This document shows positions 1 to 14,349 of a stretch of 64,000 bases of DNA, in pieces. The position numbers were made by a program, and so were the translations under genes. The stretch is taken from positions 22,568,001-22,632,000 of the forward strand of contig OX597826.1 of assembly GCA_951406725.2 (NCBI GenBank). The letters run 5' to 3'. The DNA is from Octopus vulgaris. Its lineage: Eukaryota. The notes below the pieces were generated by a model that worked only from the letters and a program-made list of their open reading frames with translations, ran no database searches and was not told where the DNA came from. Every line of letters begins with the position of its first letter. Positions within the stretch are counted from its first letter, which is position 1.

Positions 1-106
1 ATCTCCCTTGAATTTTGCAAGAAATTGTGTTTACCCAAGATCAATTAATTATCTTAGGCGAGAACGCTCATGCACGCCCGTATTTATAAATATAGGCGTG
101 CATGTA

Positions 107-108
<2 letters not shown>

Positions 109-164
<56 letters not shown>

Positions 165-228
165 AGAGTGTGTGTGTGTGTGTGTGTGTGTACGTGTGTG
201 CGCATGTGCGCGCGCGCGTATGTGTGTG
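109..228. repeat. (GT)n microsatellite
   Basis: Long GT dinucleotide run; explains the VCVC/HTHT ORFs. Confidence 0.95.
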
Positions 229-1382
229 GACTGAAAAATTCATAATCTGTATACGAATTAGTGATGCTTGAACTATGAATATATGCATGCATTAATTTCA
301 ACTCGTCCTATAAATGACTACATTGTTTCTTTCCAGCGAACTGACATCCGACTCTTCAAAGAAAACTCTAAAAGTAACTAATAGCGACATTTCTTGAAAA
401 TGAACAAAATTTGGCATTGTGGTATTATCAAATATCTGCAGAAAAGGATTTAGCCCCCAACAGCATTCATTCCTACACTAGGTGATGACGCTTCAACTTT
501 ATCAACAGTGCAAAAGTGGGCCACTGAATTTAGGAGGGGAAGGAAGAGTCTTGGAGATGGCCCAAGGTTTTGACGTCCTGCAATTGCCAATACCGAGGAA
601 AACATTGATCGTGTTCATCACATGCTAATGAATGACAAGCGATTGAACTTGGCATAACGAAGGTGTCTGTTCAGTAGGTACCAGGGAAAATCTGACATTG
701 TTTGAGGCAGATCCAGTTGATTTCCTTGAACGTTTCCAAATCCAGGATGAATGCTGGCTTCAAACTTTGAGCCAGAGACAAAGTGACAATCCATGCAGTG
801 GAAGTACCATCTCACCTGCTCCAAAGAAGGCCAAGGTCGACTTATTTGGAGGGAAAGTGATGGCCTCACTTTTTTTGAGATGCAAAAGGCATTGTGTTAA
901 TTTACTATTTTTAAAAGGGCTGCACTATCAGTGAAGAGTACTTGCCGAGGCAGTTATGAAGAGCTAACAAGACGAAACACACAGGAAAACTAACGAAAAG
1001 GGTCCTGTTTTATCAGAGCAATGCTCCAGTACACAAGTCCTTGGTTTCAATGGCTACTGTGCGTGACTGTGTCTTTGAAGTGGCTGATTACTGTCCCTAT
1101 TCTCCTGATTTGGCCTCATCTGACTATCAACTGTTACGGAACAAGAAAAGACACCTGGTCGAGAACAGGTATCGCAGTGATGATAACGTCATATCTGCTG
1201 TTGATGACTTTTTTTTTACCGATAGATTAAAGTTTATTCAGCAATGGAATCCAAGCACTGCAACACCAATGGAAGAAGTGGGTAGGCCGCAAGAGGGACT
1301 ATTTTGAAAAATAAATCACATTTCGACATATTCCATGAGACTGTCTTGATCATATCCTATGAACTTTTCAGCCGACCCACTT
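221..1382 (+). mobile_element. Degenerate mariner transposon
   Basis: Imperfect TIRs (gtggactgaaaaattcata ... tatgaacttttcagccgaccc). Frameshifted transposase from ATG ~400 (MNKIWHCGIIKYLQK..STVQKWATEFRRGRKSL) with C-terminal YSPDLASSDY..RYRSDDNVISAVDDFF. Confidence 0.9.
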
Positions 1383-1993
1383 GCATGCATACATGTGTAA
1401 CGAGACTTAGTGTGAATATCTTCTCTTGTACTTTCGGGGTACAAGAGGCAATCACTATTCGTTGCTTTAATAATCCAGAATTCTACCAGTCAGAAACAAC
1501 AAGACGCAGACGTAAATAATATATATACTACTTTATTCTCTAATGTGGTAACAGTAACAATAAGTGGTTATCTGATGTCCTTGGTTCTGGGCGCGCAAGG
1601 CTGAAAGTTAATCGATTGTAATATTTACAATGCTCAGCCGCTAAAACAGAACGGGTTAAAGATGGCGTCCGGAACAGGGAAGATGAATGTGGTCGGCAAC
1701 AATTTGGTGAAAACCTTCGGCCGACTGCTATCAGAGCTAACAGCGAGAAAATAGACGTCCGTCGCCTTCGGTCGCTGCTGTCCCAAGTTCCTGGCTGCTG
1801 CTGCTAGCGGTCAAACGTTCTACGACCCCCTTGCCTTGGCTAACTACCACGTAGGCAAAAGGGTCGTGCTTCCGGTGGTTCGCGCATGCGCGAGAGGGCC
1901 CTTCCTTGCTGTGCCTTGGTGAAGGCACCAACACTCGCACGCGCGAAATAGAAAATGGACGGTGCGTGCGCGCACCGTTATAGGATCACTACA

Positions 1994-2008
1994 AGGCTCC
2001 CCTCCAGT
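1994..2008 (-). promoter_or_regulatory. Polypurine tract
   Basis: Minus strand actggaggggagcct directly precedes the 3' LTR start TGTAGTGATCC. Confidence 0.75.
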
Positions 2009-3510
2009 GCGTACGCACGAAGGAAACTTATTGTAGTGACTGCAAAACTCAAGGTGGACACCAGATAACCAAATAGCACACAATATAATAAAATGGCAAA
2101 ATTTATAACATGCACAAGAAATTTACTAAAGGAAAAAGAGAAAAAATACTCAATGAGCAAAAATCAAGAGTGCATGCATGAAAGTGTATACGTCACAAAG
2201 TATAAAGCCTTCCGCTGTAAGGAGCGGAGGGAAAGCAAAACTCACAGTCAATGAACCTAGGCGAAATTAAATCCAACTTCTCTAATGGTGGTTGATCCTG
2301 CAAAATAGCAGTTAAATCAATTGCTGCAGGAGAGGAAATGGAATTGACAGAAGCTCGCTAGTAACACAAAAGGCAAAAGTGCAAACATGCTGGTGTGATG
2401 CGCGACACAGATAATTTTCTGTTAATTACGTGACCAACAGTGGTCTAACAGGGAAAAATAATTACGCCTAAACATGGCGCAGCGCATGTGAACATCCGAC
2501 GTCCTATGAGTCGGGAAAAAAAACTAAGCCAACGCAAACGTGTTGCAAAAAACAAGGCAATACACGTGCGAAGCAAAGGGCGCATGAAATGCAATAGAGC
2601 TTGCCAGACCGAAAAACAGCAATGAATATGCCAGTGGTTAAGCGACTATATGTCTCGTTCGTACAGGAACAAAGATATGGCATGCCGGCGCGTTATAATG
2701 GACAAACAACCCTCTCTATGTATACGTGACCGCTAGGGTCTATAGAAATGAGGGGTGTCCACAAAAGGCAAATTTAGCATGGAAAAAAACAAGCGAGAAA
2801 AGCATGTGTGACGTATGTATGTGAGAGATAGCATTTATGTGTGTGTACGTGTGTGCGACAAAAATACATACAAGGTGAATGTGAGCAAAAATAAAAATAC
2901 AGCGCATAGAAAAAAATGTCTCTCAAGGCCATTCCAGACTAGAGTTAATTTACCAGTCTGTAATAGCCTGATGCACAATAGCAGTTCGTTCTGTAACAGA
3001 ATGTTGAGATCACAAATGCAGATGCCGATTGGACACATATCGTGTAACGGTTGTGGCTTCAATGCTGTGACAGGTTAACTGGAACAGAAGAATCTCGTAG
3101 ATAGACGGTGCTGTTAATCCTTGGTGTGCATATGCACATACAGCGTGCACGCTAAAGTTCCGCGAGTTGCTATGTACATCTTGGTCGACGGTGTTGAAAG
3201 GCGACGGTGGTGGTGGAAGGTGACTGTAATGGACTTGAGACAACATTGTTCTTAGTGATGATGGCGACGAAGATAACGACGACGTGAAGTAGAAAGACGA
3301 CGATGATGATGACGAAGGCAGAGAAAAAGCATCGATGAATTGATGGCGTCCGTCATCATTGTTGAAGAATAAGAAAAAGGGCTCCTTCTATAACGGTCCG
3401 AGTGGACGGAAACAAATCGTCGAAAGATGAATGCGTAGAGTTAATCGTGTTCCGACTTCGCAGAAAAACTGGATTTCTTTGTTGTTAAGTGATCTCTGGT
3501 TTTAGACCAG

Positions 3511-3531
3511 AATCACGTCGGGGGGTCACCA
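3511..3531 (-). promoter_or_regulatory. Primer binding site, tRNA-Trp type
   Basis: Minus strand TGGTGACCCCCCGACGTGATT lies 1 nt inside the 5' LTR and is complementary to the tRNA-Trp 3' end (..AAUCACGUCGGGGUCACCA), with a slightly longer C-run. Confidence 0.88.
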
Positions 3532-4197
3532 CTGTAAAGAACTTAGTGTGAATATCTTCTCTTGTACTTTCGGGGTACAAGAGGCAATCACTATTCGTTG
3601 CTTTAATAATCCAGAATTCTACCAGTCAGAAACAACAAGACGCAGACGTAAATAATATATATACTACTTTATTCTCTAATGTGGTAACAGTAACAATAAG
3701 TGGTTATCTGATGTCCTTGGTTCTGGGCGCGCAAGGCTGAAAGTTAATCGATTGTAATATTTACAATGCTCAGCCGCTAAAACAGAACGGGTTAAAGATG
3801 GCGTCCGGAACAGGGAAGATGAATGTGGTCGGCAACAATTTGGTGAAAACCTTCGGCCGACTGCTATCAGAGCTGGACAGCGAGAAAATAGACGTCCGTC
3901 GCCTTTGGTCGCTGCTGTCCCAAGTTCCTGGCTGCTGCTGCTAGCGGTCAAACGTTCTACGACCCCCTTGCCTTGGCTAACTACCACGTAGGCAAATGGG
4001 TCGTGCTTCCGGTGGTTCGCGCATGCGCGAGAGGGCCCTTCCTTGCTGTGCCTTGGTGAAGGCACCAACACTCGCACGCGCGAAATAGAAAATGGACGGT
4101 GCGTGCGCGCACCGTTATAGGATCACTACACATGCATACATACTTTTCAGCCGACCCACTTGCATGCAAAACATACATACATAGATACATACATACA

Positions 4198-4228
<31 letters not shown>

Positions 4229-4302
4229 TTATATGCATATGTGTAAATTTATATAAGTGTGTGTGTTTATATCACACACACACACACACACACATGCATA
4301 TT

Positions 4303-5485
4303 CAGAGTGTTCAGGGCTAAATTTAATAATTTTTTCATGTCTCCTTTTTTAGGAATAGCTTCTGTATTAGTAAATAACCATCGGCGTCGGAGAGTTTGAA
4401 GATTAAAAGTGTAGTTGAGAAAAGTTAGCTGACATGGCGGACTGAAAGCCATTTGAATATTTGATGATTTAATCCGGGTATCAAAATGCCATCATGACTT
4501 CTACTCAGTGTTCTGTGAACACTGTGAAAGCTCTAAGACGTGACATGGACTGCTGCATCGGAGATTACGGAGCCGGTTCTGCAAGAAGGGACATGGCAAG
4601 TGTTCCGACTACATCTGCACGCCGGAATGAATCCGCAAACTCCAGGATAAAGTGAGGAAAGATCCGATCAAGGGAAACTGCACTTTGGTGAGAAAGTTGG
4701 GTGTTGGAGTCGCCAGCGTGCAGCAGTCCCCGAATCAGGAACCTTTGTAAAAGACGCAAGGGACGAATTTTGACAGTCAAAACTAAGGAGGACCGCTTGA
4801 TGAAGATTAAAAAGTTCCTGAACAAGCTGAGGAATCCTGCTGATCCGGGGATGATCTGGTTATTCTCAGATGAAAAGAATTTCTACTAGAACCAGTTGCA
4901 CAACACTCGGGACAGGTGGATTGCCCTAAACTGTAATGTCGTTGGGTGTGTCCCCAGTGAGGGTGATGTCATGCCACACATCTTACAACGGGACCTTAGG
5001 CTATATGGAGTAGCTAAACCTTGGCTGGAGTGGGTTGCTGCTGGAAGGCCATACATGTGCCAGCAGAACTCGGGTCCTGGCCATACCTTCAGAAAGAGTC
5101 AGAAGTGGTTGTCGGAGAATTTCTACGACTTCAGCAGTTCCAATTTCTGGCGTCCTAATTCCCTCGATTATTATGTGTGTGGCGTCCTAATTCCCAAGGA
5201 TTATTATGTGTGTGGCGTGGTTGAGAAAGACACCAAGAGCTCTGCCTGCAACACCAAAGCCGAGCTGGTGTTGTAAGATCATGAAGATGTCGAAGATCTT
5301 ACCAGAGGCACAGTAAAGGACGCATGCAACAGATACCGGAGCTGTCTTGAGGACATGGTGGAAGTTGAGGGTGGGTACTTTGAGCAAAACTGTTATCTCC
5401 CAGCCATAATCTAATTTGGTATTTCTTGTTTGTTTTAAATACTTTTCCTTTCATGGAAACAGTCAAATTTAGTCCGAAATATTTG
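4303..5485 (+). mobile_element. Degenerate Tc1/mariner-superfamily transposon (DD37D/maT-like)
   Basis: Motifs WLFSDEKNF, QQNSGPGHT (QQDSAPxH) and FWRPNSLDYYVCG (WPPNSPDxNPLDYxVW). Imperfect TIRs cagagtgttcagggctaaattt / aaatttagtccgaaatatttg. Internal ~33-bp tandem duplication at ~5149-5218. Confidence 0.85.
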
Positions 5486-7296
5486 TATATATGTATACAT
5501 GCATATATGTGTGCAAATATATATGTATGCATGCACACCTGCATAGTAGCATTCCGAACAGTCAGTATTACCAGTAAATCTGAAATTAATTAAAAGAAAT
5601 CATAGCGGTTGAGATTATAAACTTGAAAGTGAACAGTCCTCAAAAGTAACTTCGTTTAGTGTTTAGTGTCAATAAAGTGAAAAATGTACGTGCCACTGAA
5701 AAATATTTAATAATAGATATTTACATTTCGTTTTCTCTCTCCCCTCTCTCCCTCCATCTCTCTCTCTCTTTTTCTCGCTCTGTCTGTCTGTCTGTCTCTC
5801 TCTATTGGGCAGAAAACTTTTCCGACTGTGTATTTTTTGACGAATAGATCAATTTGTTAAAATGATTAATTTCATTAAAAGCAAATCACTGAAGACTCGC
5901 TTACTGGAGCAAATTTCTATAAATTTAGATTCACAGTGCAAGCGTTCAATTGTATCCAAAGATGCTAGGTGGCCATGAAGCAGTAAGATGCTATACCGCA
6001 TACATGAACTCCAGAAAGAGTTGTTTCCCTTCCCTTTTCTTATCCGTTTTCATTGTGTTAAAGGATAAACTCACGAACGCTTTTGTAAATATCGTGAATT
6101 TTGTATTTCTAGACTGCAATAATTAATTTTATAGATATATTTATGCATCTTGATAATATCAACACGTATGTAAGGTAAAGATGATAATATACTCTCTTCG
6201 AAAATGAAACTGATTGAGATGGAAAAATGGAAGTAAAGACGATAACTTAGAAATTCTACACTTGAGGCGTAAAAACAACTGGAAAAAGAAATCAAACTTC
6301 TATTTTTCCGAAATTTATAAACTTGCTTATAAAAATTTAATTTGAAATTATCTAAAGAAGGAAAATAGGCTTCAAAAGTCCAACAATCGCCAGCTTAAAT
6401 CAAGCGTGTAGAATGACCTATTGACACATTTTGGATTTCTATTAGAACATAGCAGTTAAAAACATCCATTTTGCTTCAGTTTTCTACATATTTATGAGAA
6501 TTAGAATTTTTTTCTTTTTTCTCTAACATGAAATGGAGAGAGAGAGAGGGTGGGTGGGTGGAGAAGAAGAGTGCTATCATTACATTTGAAGATGAAATGA
6601 GGGGATATTTATCTTAAATACATCCAAAACTGAAGAATGTAACCAAAACGATCATGATTTTGTTTTCCCATTGATGTGACTCTACTTCGTTTATTGAATG
6701 GAGTAAACGCTAATATTTTTCTGTACGTTAATTACGAGCGCACTCGCATGTGTATTCACGCCTTCTTTAAATACATTTTATTACTTTATATATAAAGTGC
6801 CCCAAACTATATCTATTTGCTTCAAAATCCTCCCTGAATAATACTTTGTGCACTATTGACCTGCTACGACGCCCTTTGGCTGTTGTTAAGGAAGAAAAAT
6901 TATTCTTGCAATTTCAACATAAATAAACGCTTGCTAAGTAGGAAGTTGTTTATCCCAAAATACCAAGAATCACATTTTTCTTAGTCTTCTTCTTAGCTTC
7001 CCGACACTTCTTTGGATTTTTAAATATATTTTACCGAGTGCTAACATTATCTGATATAGAATTCTACGTTTAATGTTGTGGATAGACATGTTTATAATAT
7101 CAAAAGTTGACAGTCTATTTTGAGCTTCGCCTTAGCTTGAGCTGAAGATGATAGTCGTGTATAACCCAAACTGGGGTGAAATTCAGAGTAGACTGTCAAC
7201 GCTTTATAAAATACACACGCGCACACATGTGTGTGCGTGCGTATGCACGTGTGTGTATATGCGTATAACTATATACAAATATATATGGATACATAT

Positions 7297-7359
<63 letters not shown>

Positions 7360-7387
7360 AATATATATGGATACATATATGCATATA

Positions 7388-7770
7388 TGATGGCTGCCCC
7401 CTCGTTATCGAGTATGGCCATTGCACGAAGCTTAACTATTATTGGTGCTGTGATCGAATGTGACTTTTATTGGCTTTTTAAGGCTACAGCCAGCCATTCA
7501 GTTGAGACTCACAGCACTATCAACAATCATGAACAATGTTGTTATCGTGCAATGCCTATGCAAGAAGATTTTTTTTAAAGTGAGGAAAGGTTGTGCACTG
7601 AGTCAATCCCACTCACTAAGCAACAGCAGCCATAATCCGAAAAGAAGAACAAGTCAACATCATCGGTAACCACTGAGCCGCAGGTTTTATGTCGGAGTTA
7701 TCCCAGTTACCTGAGTTACCTTCTCCTAGAAGGATGCCCTGACAAAGGCTAGGAGTACTTCACTCCCAAT
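7388..7770. repeat. Interspersed repeat (LINE/SINE-like fragment), copy 1
   Basis: Clearly homologous to 55958-56206 (atggccattgcacgaagctt...ttacctgagttaccttc); lies between TA tracts. Confidence 0.7.
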
Positions 7771-7790
7771 GGTATATATGCATATATACA

Positions 7791-7826
<36 letters not shown>

Positions 7827-7912
7827 TATCATATACATATATACACATATATATATACACATACACACACATTCGTACATGCATACATACATACATACAT
7901 ACATACATACAT

Positions 7913-7948
<36 letters not shown>

Positions 7949-9595
7949 TATTTAAAACGGAAATGAACTTAGAAAAATAACTCAGCGTGACCAATGGCAT
8001 ATTTTTTAAACAAGAAAGACTAATTAAGGTACATTAAATTCTATAGAAGACAAATTCTTGAAATATTGAATCTGTCTCCGCTTTTCTGAGAAGATAGGAC
8101 AATTGCTTGGTAGCCATTCGAACCAATACCAAATTTAAAAGGGAGACAATATCAAAAGTCAATGTACATTTGAATAATTAAGGAAAATGACCAACCTTAG
8201 AAAGACAAACACAATTACAAGTTCAGTATTCGAATAGATTATTGATATCTGTGTAGTTTCGATCTAATTTTTCGTACTTAATTCAATTCTCCTCAAAATG
8301 CACGCAATTACATACACACACATGTGCGTGCGGGCATGCATATATATGTATGTATGTATATAAAATCGATAAAAAGACTACAGTGAACTTGCCGTGGGGT
8401 ATGGGAAACGCAACATTACAGACAGTCCTTCGCAGAAAAGCTGAGAGGAGAGAAATTGATTAGAGACCAGAGTGTCATATCTTTGAAGTTTGTTTTATCA
8501 CATATGCCTCTGTGTGTGTGTGTGTGTGTGTGTGTGTCTACACACATACTGTTATAATGTGGATCCTCGTCCACTTGCATGTTATTGTCGGCATTGTAAT
8601 ATTCTTGTCACCGCTATTATGTTGTGGCGGTATTCCGCGTCTTATTATCTTTGACTCGTCTACCGAGCTATCGCTGATAACTACGCAAGACAATGACTTT
8701 GAGGCGTCTACCTTTACGGTAACTCGAACTCGTATATATCACGTAACTGACACTGACTCCAAATGAGAACGCGTACGACTCTATATATAACTACTGATTG
8801 CCAACAACGACTGACTGTCTGACTTTATAGTGGCTGGTTCATACCACTTTGTCACGTGGGAAAGAGAGTACCATTTCACATCAACACATACAGACAGACG
8901 CGGAAAATGCGGAAGTGGCAATAAGTCATTTTTTATTTCAGACACATTTGATATCCCAGTCGCTGTAACGAAAGGCCCACTGTCTCCCCTAACCACTCCC
9001 TCCCTCTCCCTCTCTCTCTCGTTCTCTTTCTCTCTCTCACTGTCTGTATATATATATAATGTTTGATTAAAAGTTTTATCAGAGACAATTTAGACACCTA
9101 CCAAAATGTTAGAACATCTACCAAAAACAATTAATGAAGCGGCAATATTGGTTACCCTCGATGTTATCAATCTTTACACTAACATCCACCATGACTATGG
9201 AATAAAAGCAATTACATTTTGGTTGGAAAAGTACCCCGAAGTACTCCCGGAACGCATAAATCAAATTTTTATTATTGAATCTTTAAAATTTATATTGCAG
9301 CACAATGATTTCCTATTTGATGACACATACTATCGTCAGAAATGCGGAATTGCGATGGGGACGAAAGTAGTCCCCGTCCTTGCGAACCTAATAATCGGTT
9401 ATTTTGAATTCACCTTATATGAAGTATCACTTCAGAAATATGGTTACCCATTTTACCTCTACATAAGAGAAAATTAGAAAAGATACCTGGATGACTATTT
9501 TATCATTTGGAAGAATATCGACAAACTTCTGGATTTCAAATAAACACTAAATGATATAAATAGTAACATTCAATTCACAATGGTACTATAACAAA

Positions 9596-10244
9596 TGTTA
9601 AGTACGTATTTTATCGGTCTCCTTTGCCGAACTGCTAAGTTACGGGGACGTAAACACACCAACACTGGTTGTCAAGCGATGATGGAGTGGGGTGGACAAA
9701 TAGAGACACACAAGCATACACATAGATATATAACGAAGATGATAAGGGAAATGTGAAAATTATATACGACTTGACATGAAAATGAAGTGATAAGCAACGA
9801 TTTAGTCTCCGTTATAAAATACAATGAAATAAGATAACAACTGGTAACAACAAAGATGTGCGAGAGACTTCGTGGTTAGGCTGGACTGTTTGGTGGTGTG
9901 CAGAGGCAACCGTTGGTTTGTTGGGCGTGTAATGTTCATATAGCAATGATGTGGGCAGGCGTCAGGTGGAGAAGATGAAAGTGGAGACTGACTGGTGTCA
10001 GATACATCGTTGCTGGAGACAAGTTGTGTATGGTCAGGAGGCTCCAGAGCTGGTGATTAATTTCCTGCGTAAGAAAAACGAACACGACTGGACGGCTGGA
10101 AACCGACCAATACAAACAAGTTCGTCTAATCACAAGGTCATGTGACCTACTGGAACGAAAAGGCATGTTGAGCCGATATCCAGGTATTTGAGCCTAAACG
10201 ACCGTAACGGAAACATCTCACACATAATGACAGTGTAAATAAGC
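9596..10244. other. Composite insertion flanked by 11-bp direct repeats
   Basis: actataacaaa at 9585-9595 and 10245-10255; the PLE RT resumes after it. Starts with a SINE fragment (~9600-9720). Confidence 0.75.
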
Positions 10245-11432
10245 ACTATAACAAAGAACAGCTTCCATTTTTAGACATCATGATAAAAAAAGTCAACAAT
10301 CAAATAATAACTCTTTATCTCATGCCACCTGAAACACATCAAAATAAATATTCCTTTCAATTTGGCAAAAAGGATTTGCACAATAGTGTCTGACAGAAAA
10401 ACTCGGGACCTTCGTTTCCAAGACCTCAAAACAACGCTTACTGAAAGACACCCTCACATATAGACGAGGAAATTAAACGTGTCAAAAAATTAGACATAAA
10501 ATCACTGAGAACAACAAAACATAACACCACACCTCATCTCAAAACACTAATATTTATATCAACACACAACCCCAGAAACGGTGAGGCATTCAACAATATT
10601 GTGCAAAATCTTCCTTTATCGGTCTCTATCGGTCTCTATCGGTCTCTAGAGATCCAGAAAAGAACGATATCCTGAAAACGCACAAACTCATCAAATGAAA
10701 AAAGCAACACAAATCGCTAAAGAGACTACTAACAAATGCGAAGCTTTACAAAACAACCACGAAACCAACGGTTAAAAAATGTGGACGTCCAAACTGTGGA
10801 ACCTGCCCCAACTTACTTGAAGGCTTGGATTTCCTTTTCAAACAAGGACAGAGGTTCACAATTAAAACTAGTTTCACTTGTGCATCTGAGAACCAAATTT
10901 ATGCAATAACTTACTCGGGTTGCGGACACAACTATATTGGACAGACGAGTAAGACATTGAGAAGAGCAAATCCGTTTCCCACAATACAGGCAAATTTCTC
11001 TCAGTGAACATATAGAAAAATGTGCGGATAACATCAACCAAATTTCACAGTCTTCTACCAGTGCAAAGACACAATCTTTCCACAAGAACGTTTAAATAAA
11101 GAAACTTTTTTCATTGAAAAATACAGAACACGTCTTAATATGCACGCATAACCAACTTTTATCTTTTTAATTCATGATTACATCACTGTACATAAATCTC
11201 CTCACTAAACAAGTTTTTCGAAATTTTTTTTGTCTGTACACATATTTAATCCCCTTCCCTTACCGAAAGCTGAACAGTTATCTCCCTTGCCCACACCAAT
11301 AACAATAATAACGATAACCAATTACCTCCCCTTATTTTTCTACTTGTGAAGTCATTCACTCGTAAATATCATCACACACAACATAGACAAAATTTCTTCT
11401 TAAGAAAATACACATTCAAATAAGTAAACCAT

Positions 11433-11470
11433 AATATCATGAATAGCGAAAGCGAAACCGGTCGATATAT
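11433..11470 (+). ncRNA. Degenerate minimal hammerhead ribozyme
   Basis: atatc-ATGAATA-gcgaaagc-GAAA-CCG-GTC-gatat: stem I, GNRA stem II and palindromic stem III are present, but the core deviates from CUGANGA. Confidence 0.6.
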
Positions 11471-11491
11471 TAAAAATTATATTAAAACTAT

Positions 11492-11720
11492 ACTCTCTTT
11501 TTACTCTTTTACTTGTTTCAGTCATTTGACTGTGGCTATGCTGGAGCACCACCTTGTAGTCGAGCAAATCGACCCCCAGGACTTATTCTTTGTAAGCCTA
11601 GTACTTATTCTATCATTCTCTTTTGTAGAACCACTAAGTTACGGGGACGTAAACACACCAGCATCGGTTGTCAAGTGATGTTGGGTTGACAAACACAGAC
11701 ACACAAGCATATACACATAC
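11492..11720 (-). mobile_element. SINE 3' half (CR1-like tail)
   Basis: Same sequence as 27215-27418 and 57515-57722, in reverse orientation. Confidence 0.8.
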
Positions 11721-11766
<46 letters not shown>

Positions 11767-11787
11767 TAGATATATATAAAGTGTGTG

Positions 11788-13046
<1,259 letters not shown>

Positions 13047-13231
13047 TGAGTGTATTTTACCTTGTTAACATTTAACACGGATAAATGAATGAATAGTTAC
13101 CAGGACAGCAAAAATCTCACAAGTAAAGATGTTGTAACTCCTTGTTTATAAAGGTTGAAACTTCGTGTTTACGTTGAATATTTGAATAATAGGAATAAAA
13201 AATGGAGTTAACGCAGGTTTAAACAAGTATT

Positions 13232-13325
13232 TTTTCTTTCTACATATGTTTCAAAAATTCCACTGATACTTATTCAAAAGAATAAAAGGTATAAACAATG
13301 CAATCTTCTCTTCGGGAAAGGGAAA
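13232..13325 (-). ncRNA. Hammerhead motif, mutated core
   Basis: ctttc-CCGAAGA-(56 nt)-GAAACATATGTA-gaaag; U4 changed to C. Confidence 0.6.
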
Positions 13326-13521
13326 AAACGAAACTTGTCAATACGACATTTTAGCAAAAAATGATGGATTCGTATAGCGATAGACAGAACGCTATTAATA
13401 TTGTTTAAAAAAACGTTATATGATATAACGTCATAAGTAGCTAACAGAAAGAGTAGGGATATTAATAGTGAATGTTAAATATAAAGGAAATTAAAGTCTA
13501 AACTATATATAATGATAGAGA

Positions 13522-14235
13522 CTACTTATATGCACTAAAAGTATGTTTTTGCCAATGCTTACATCTGTATGCTCGTTCTATAACCGTGTTTACTAGAGTA
13601 TTTTTAGAAAAAATAATGAAAAATAGCTCAGAATTGCAGAGAAGACAGAATTTCTTGCCTTTGTCATATGGTATCGAAATTGAGAGGATCAACCATTCCA
13701 AATGAAATTGTTCATTGTGGTCTTTTAAATTCCAAATCAGTTTGCTGAGACCGGTACTATTCCGTTTATTTCTATCCCTAAATGTTGAGTAATGGATAGA
13801 AATTCTCTTAGATAACTCTAACGATGTGCTTCCAATGTAAAATTGTACTTTATTACGAGTACTGATTATACACTGGTATATAGAATTTTTAATCTTAGAG
13901 TTACTTGACATAAATTTAATTCTATCGGGATTGACTTCAGATACAATAACCTTGTTATTAATATTTCTAGAGGGTTGGATGGTAGTAGCTAAATTAATGT
14001 TAGTATTAGTAAATGTATTAATATTTAACAGTTTGTTATTATGAGAAGATATAATTTGCAAGAGATTTTTTGTGTTTGAAAAACCTATCCTAACTTTATG
14101 TGAATTAATTATAGAGTAATATCTAGAATTATTTGGAAAATTCCTAGCAATAGCTTGACGAAACAGCAGTGGGAGATTAGATTTAATTTGTCTCCCGTAA
14201 GGAATTATTAACCAAATATTTTTACTAGTATTCAT
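13522..14235 (-). CDS. PLE C-terminal region / GIY-YIG endonuclease (truncated, open frame)
   Basis: IWLIIPY, IYQCII..FYIGST..KRISIHYSTF..STGLSKLIWNLK..LEWLIL..CLLCNSE..RCKH. Confidence 0.8.
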   Translation of the reverse strand: MNTSKNIWLIIPYGRQIKSNLPLLFRQAIARNFPNNSRYYSIINSHKVRIGFSNTKNLLQIISSHNNKLLNINTFTNTNINLATTIQPSRNINNKVIVSEVNPDRIKFMSSNSKIKNSIYQCIISTRNKVQFYIGSTSLELSKRISIHYSTFRDRNKRNSTGLSKLIWNLKDHNEQFHLEWLILSISIPYDKGKKFCLLCNSELFFIIFSKNTLVNTVIERAYRCKHWQKHTFSAYK

Positions 14236-14349
14236 AGCGTAATATATATATATATATACGTGTGTGTGCGTGCGCGAATCTTTTTAGAATGATTCCCCTC
14301 TTATCGTTCTGGAGAATATAACATATTTACCACCACTAAGTCAACCAGG

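Larger units (their letters stand above)
1396..4130 (-). mobile_element. Non-autonomous LTR retrotransposon (Gypsy-type signals, no pol)
   Basis: Two near-identical 598-bp TG..CA LTRs (1396-1993, 3533-4130). TSD CATG (1392-1395/4131-4134). PBS at 3511-3531 and PPT at 1994-2008. The 1.5-kb interior has no recognisable RT/IN. Confidence 0.95.
9062..11490 (+). mobile_element. 5'-truncated Penelope-like element (RT + GIY-YIG), degraded
   Basis: LVTLDVINLYTNI, YRQKCGIAMGT, RYLDDYF, LPFLDI, KCGRPNCGTCP, IYAIT..CGHNYIGQT. Interrupted by an insertion at 9596-10244. Confidence 0.9.
13044..14240 (-). mobile_element. 5'-truncated Naiad-like PLE
   Basis: GIY-YIG ORF 13522-14235 plus 3' region with a hammerhead; between (TA)n tracts, tail-to-tail with the previous PLE. 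Confidence 0.88.

Noticed and set aside
1396-1993. LTR element as a hammerhead-containing retrozyme
   Set aside because: I found no CUGANGA..GAAA core on either strand of the LTR.
3676-4077. ORF MRVLVPSPRH.. present three times (1737, 3676, 52949)
   Set aside because: It lies within LTR copies; lengths differ through frameshifts; no recognisable domain.
4142-4168. 27-bp repeat of 1363-1389 as a long TSD
   Set aside because: The true TSD is CATG; this is a local tandem duplication of the mariner end.
8550-8970. Possible solo LTR (tgttata..tgtaacg)
   Set aside because: Imperfect terminus, no TSD and no second copy in the window.
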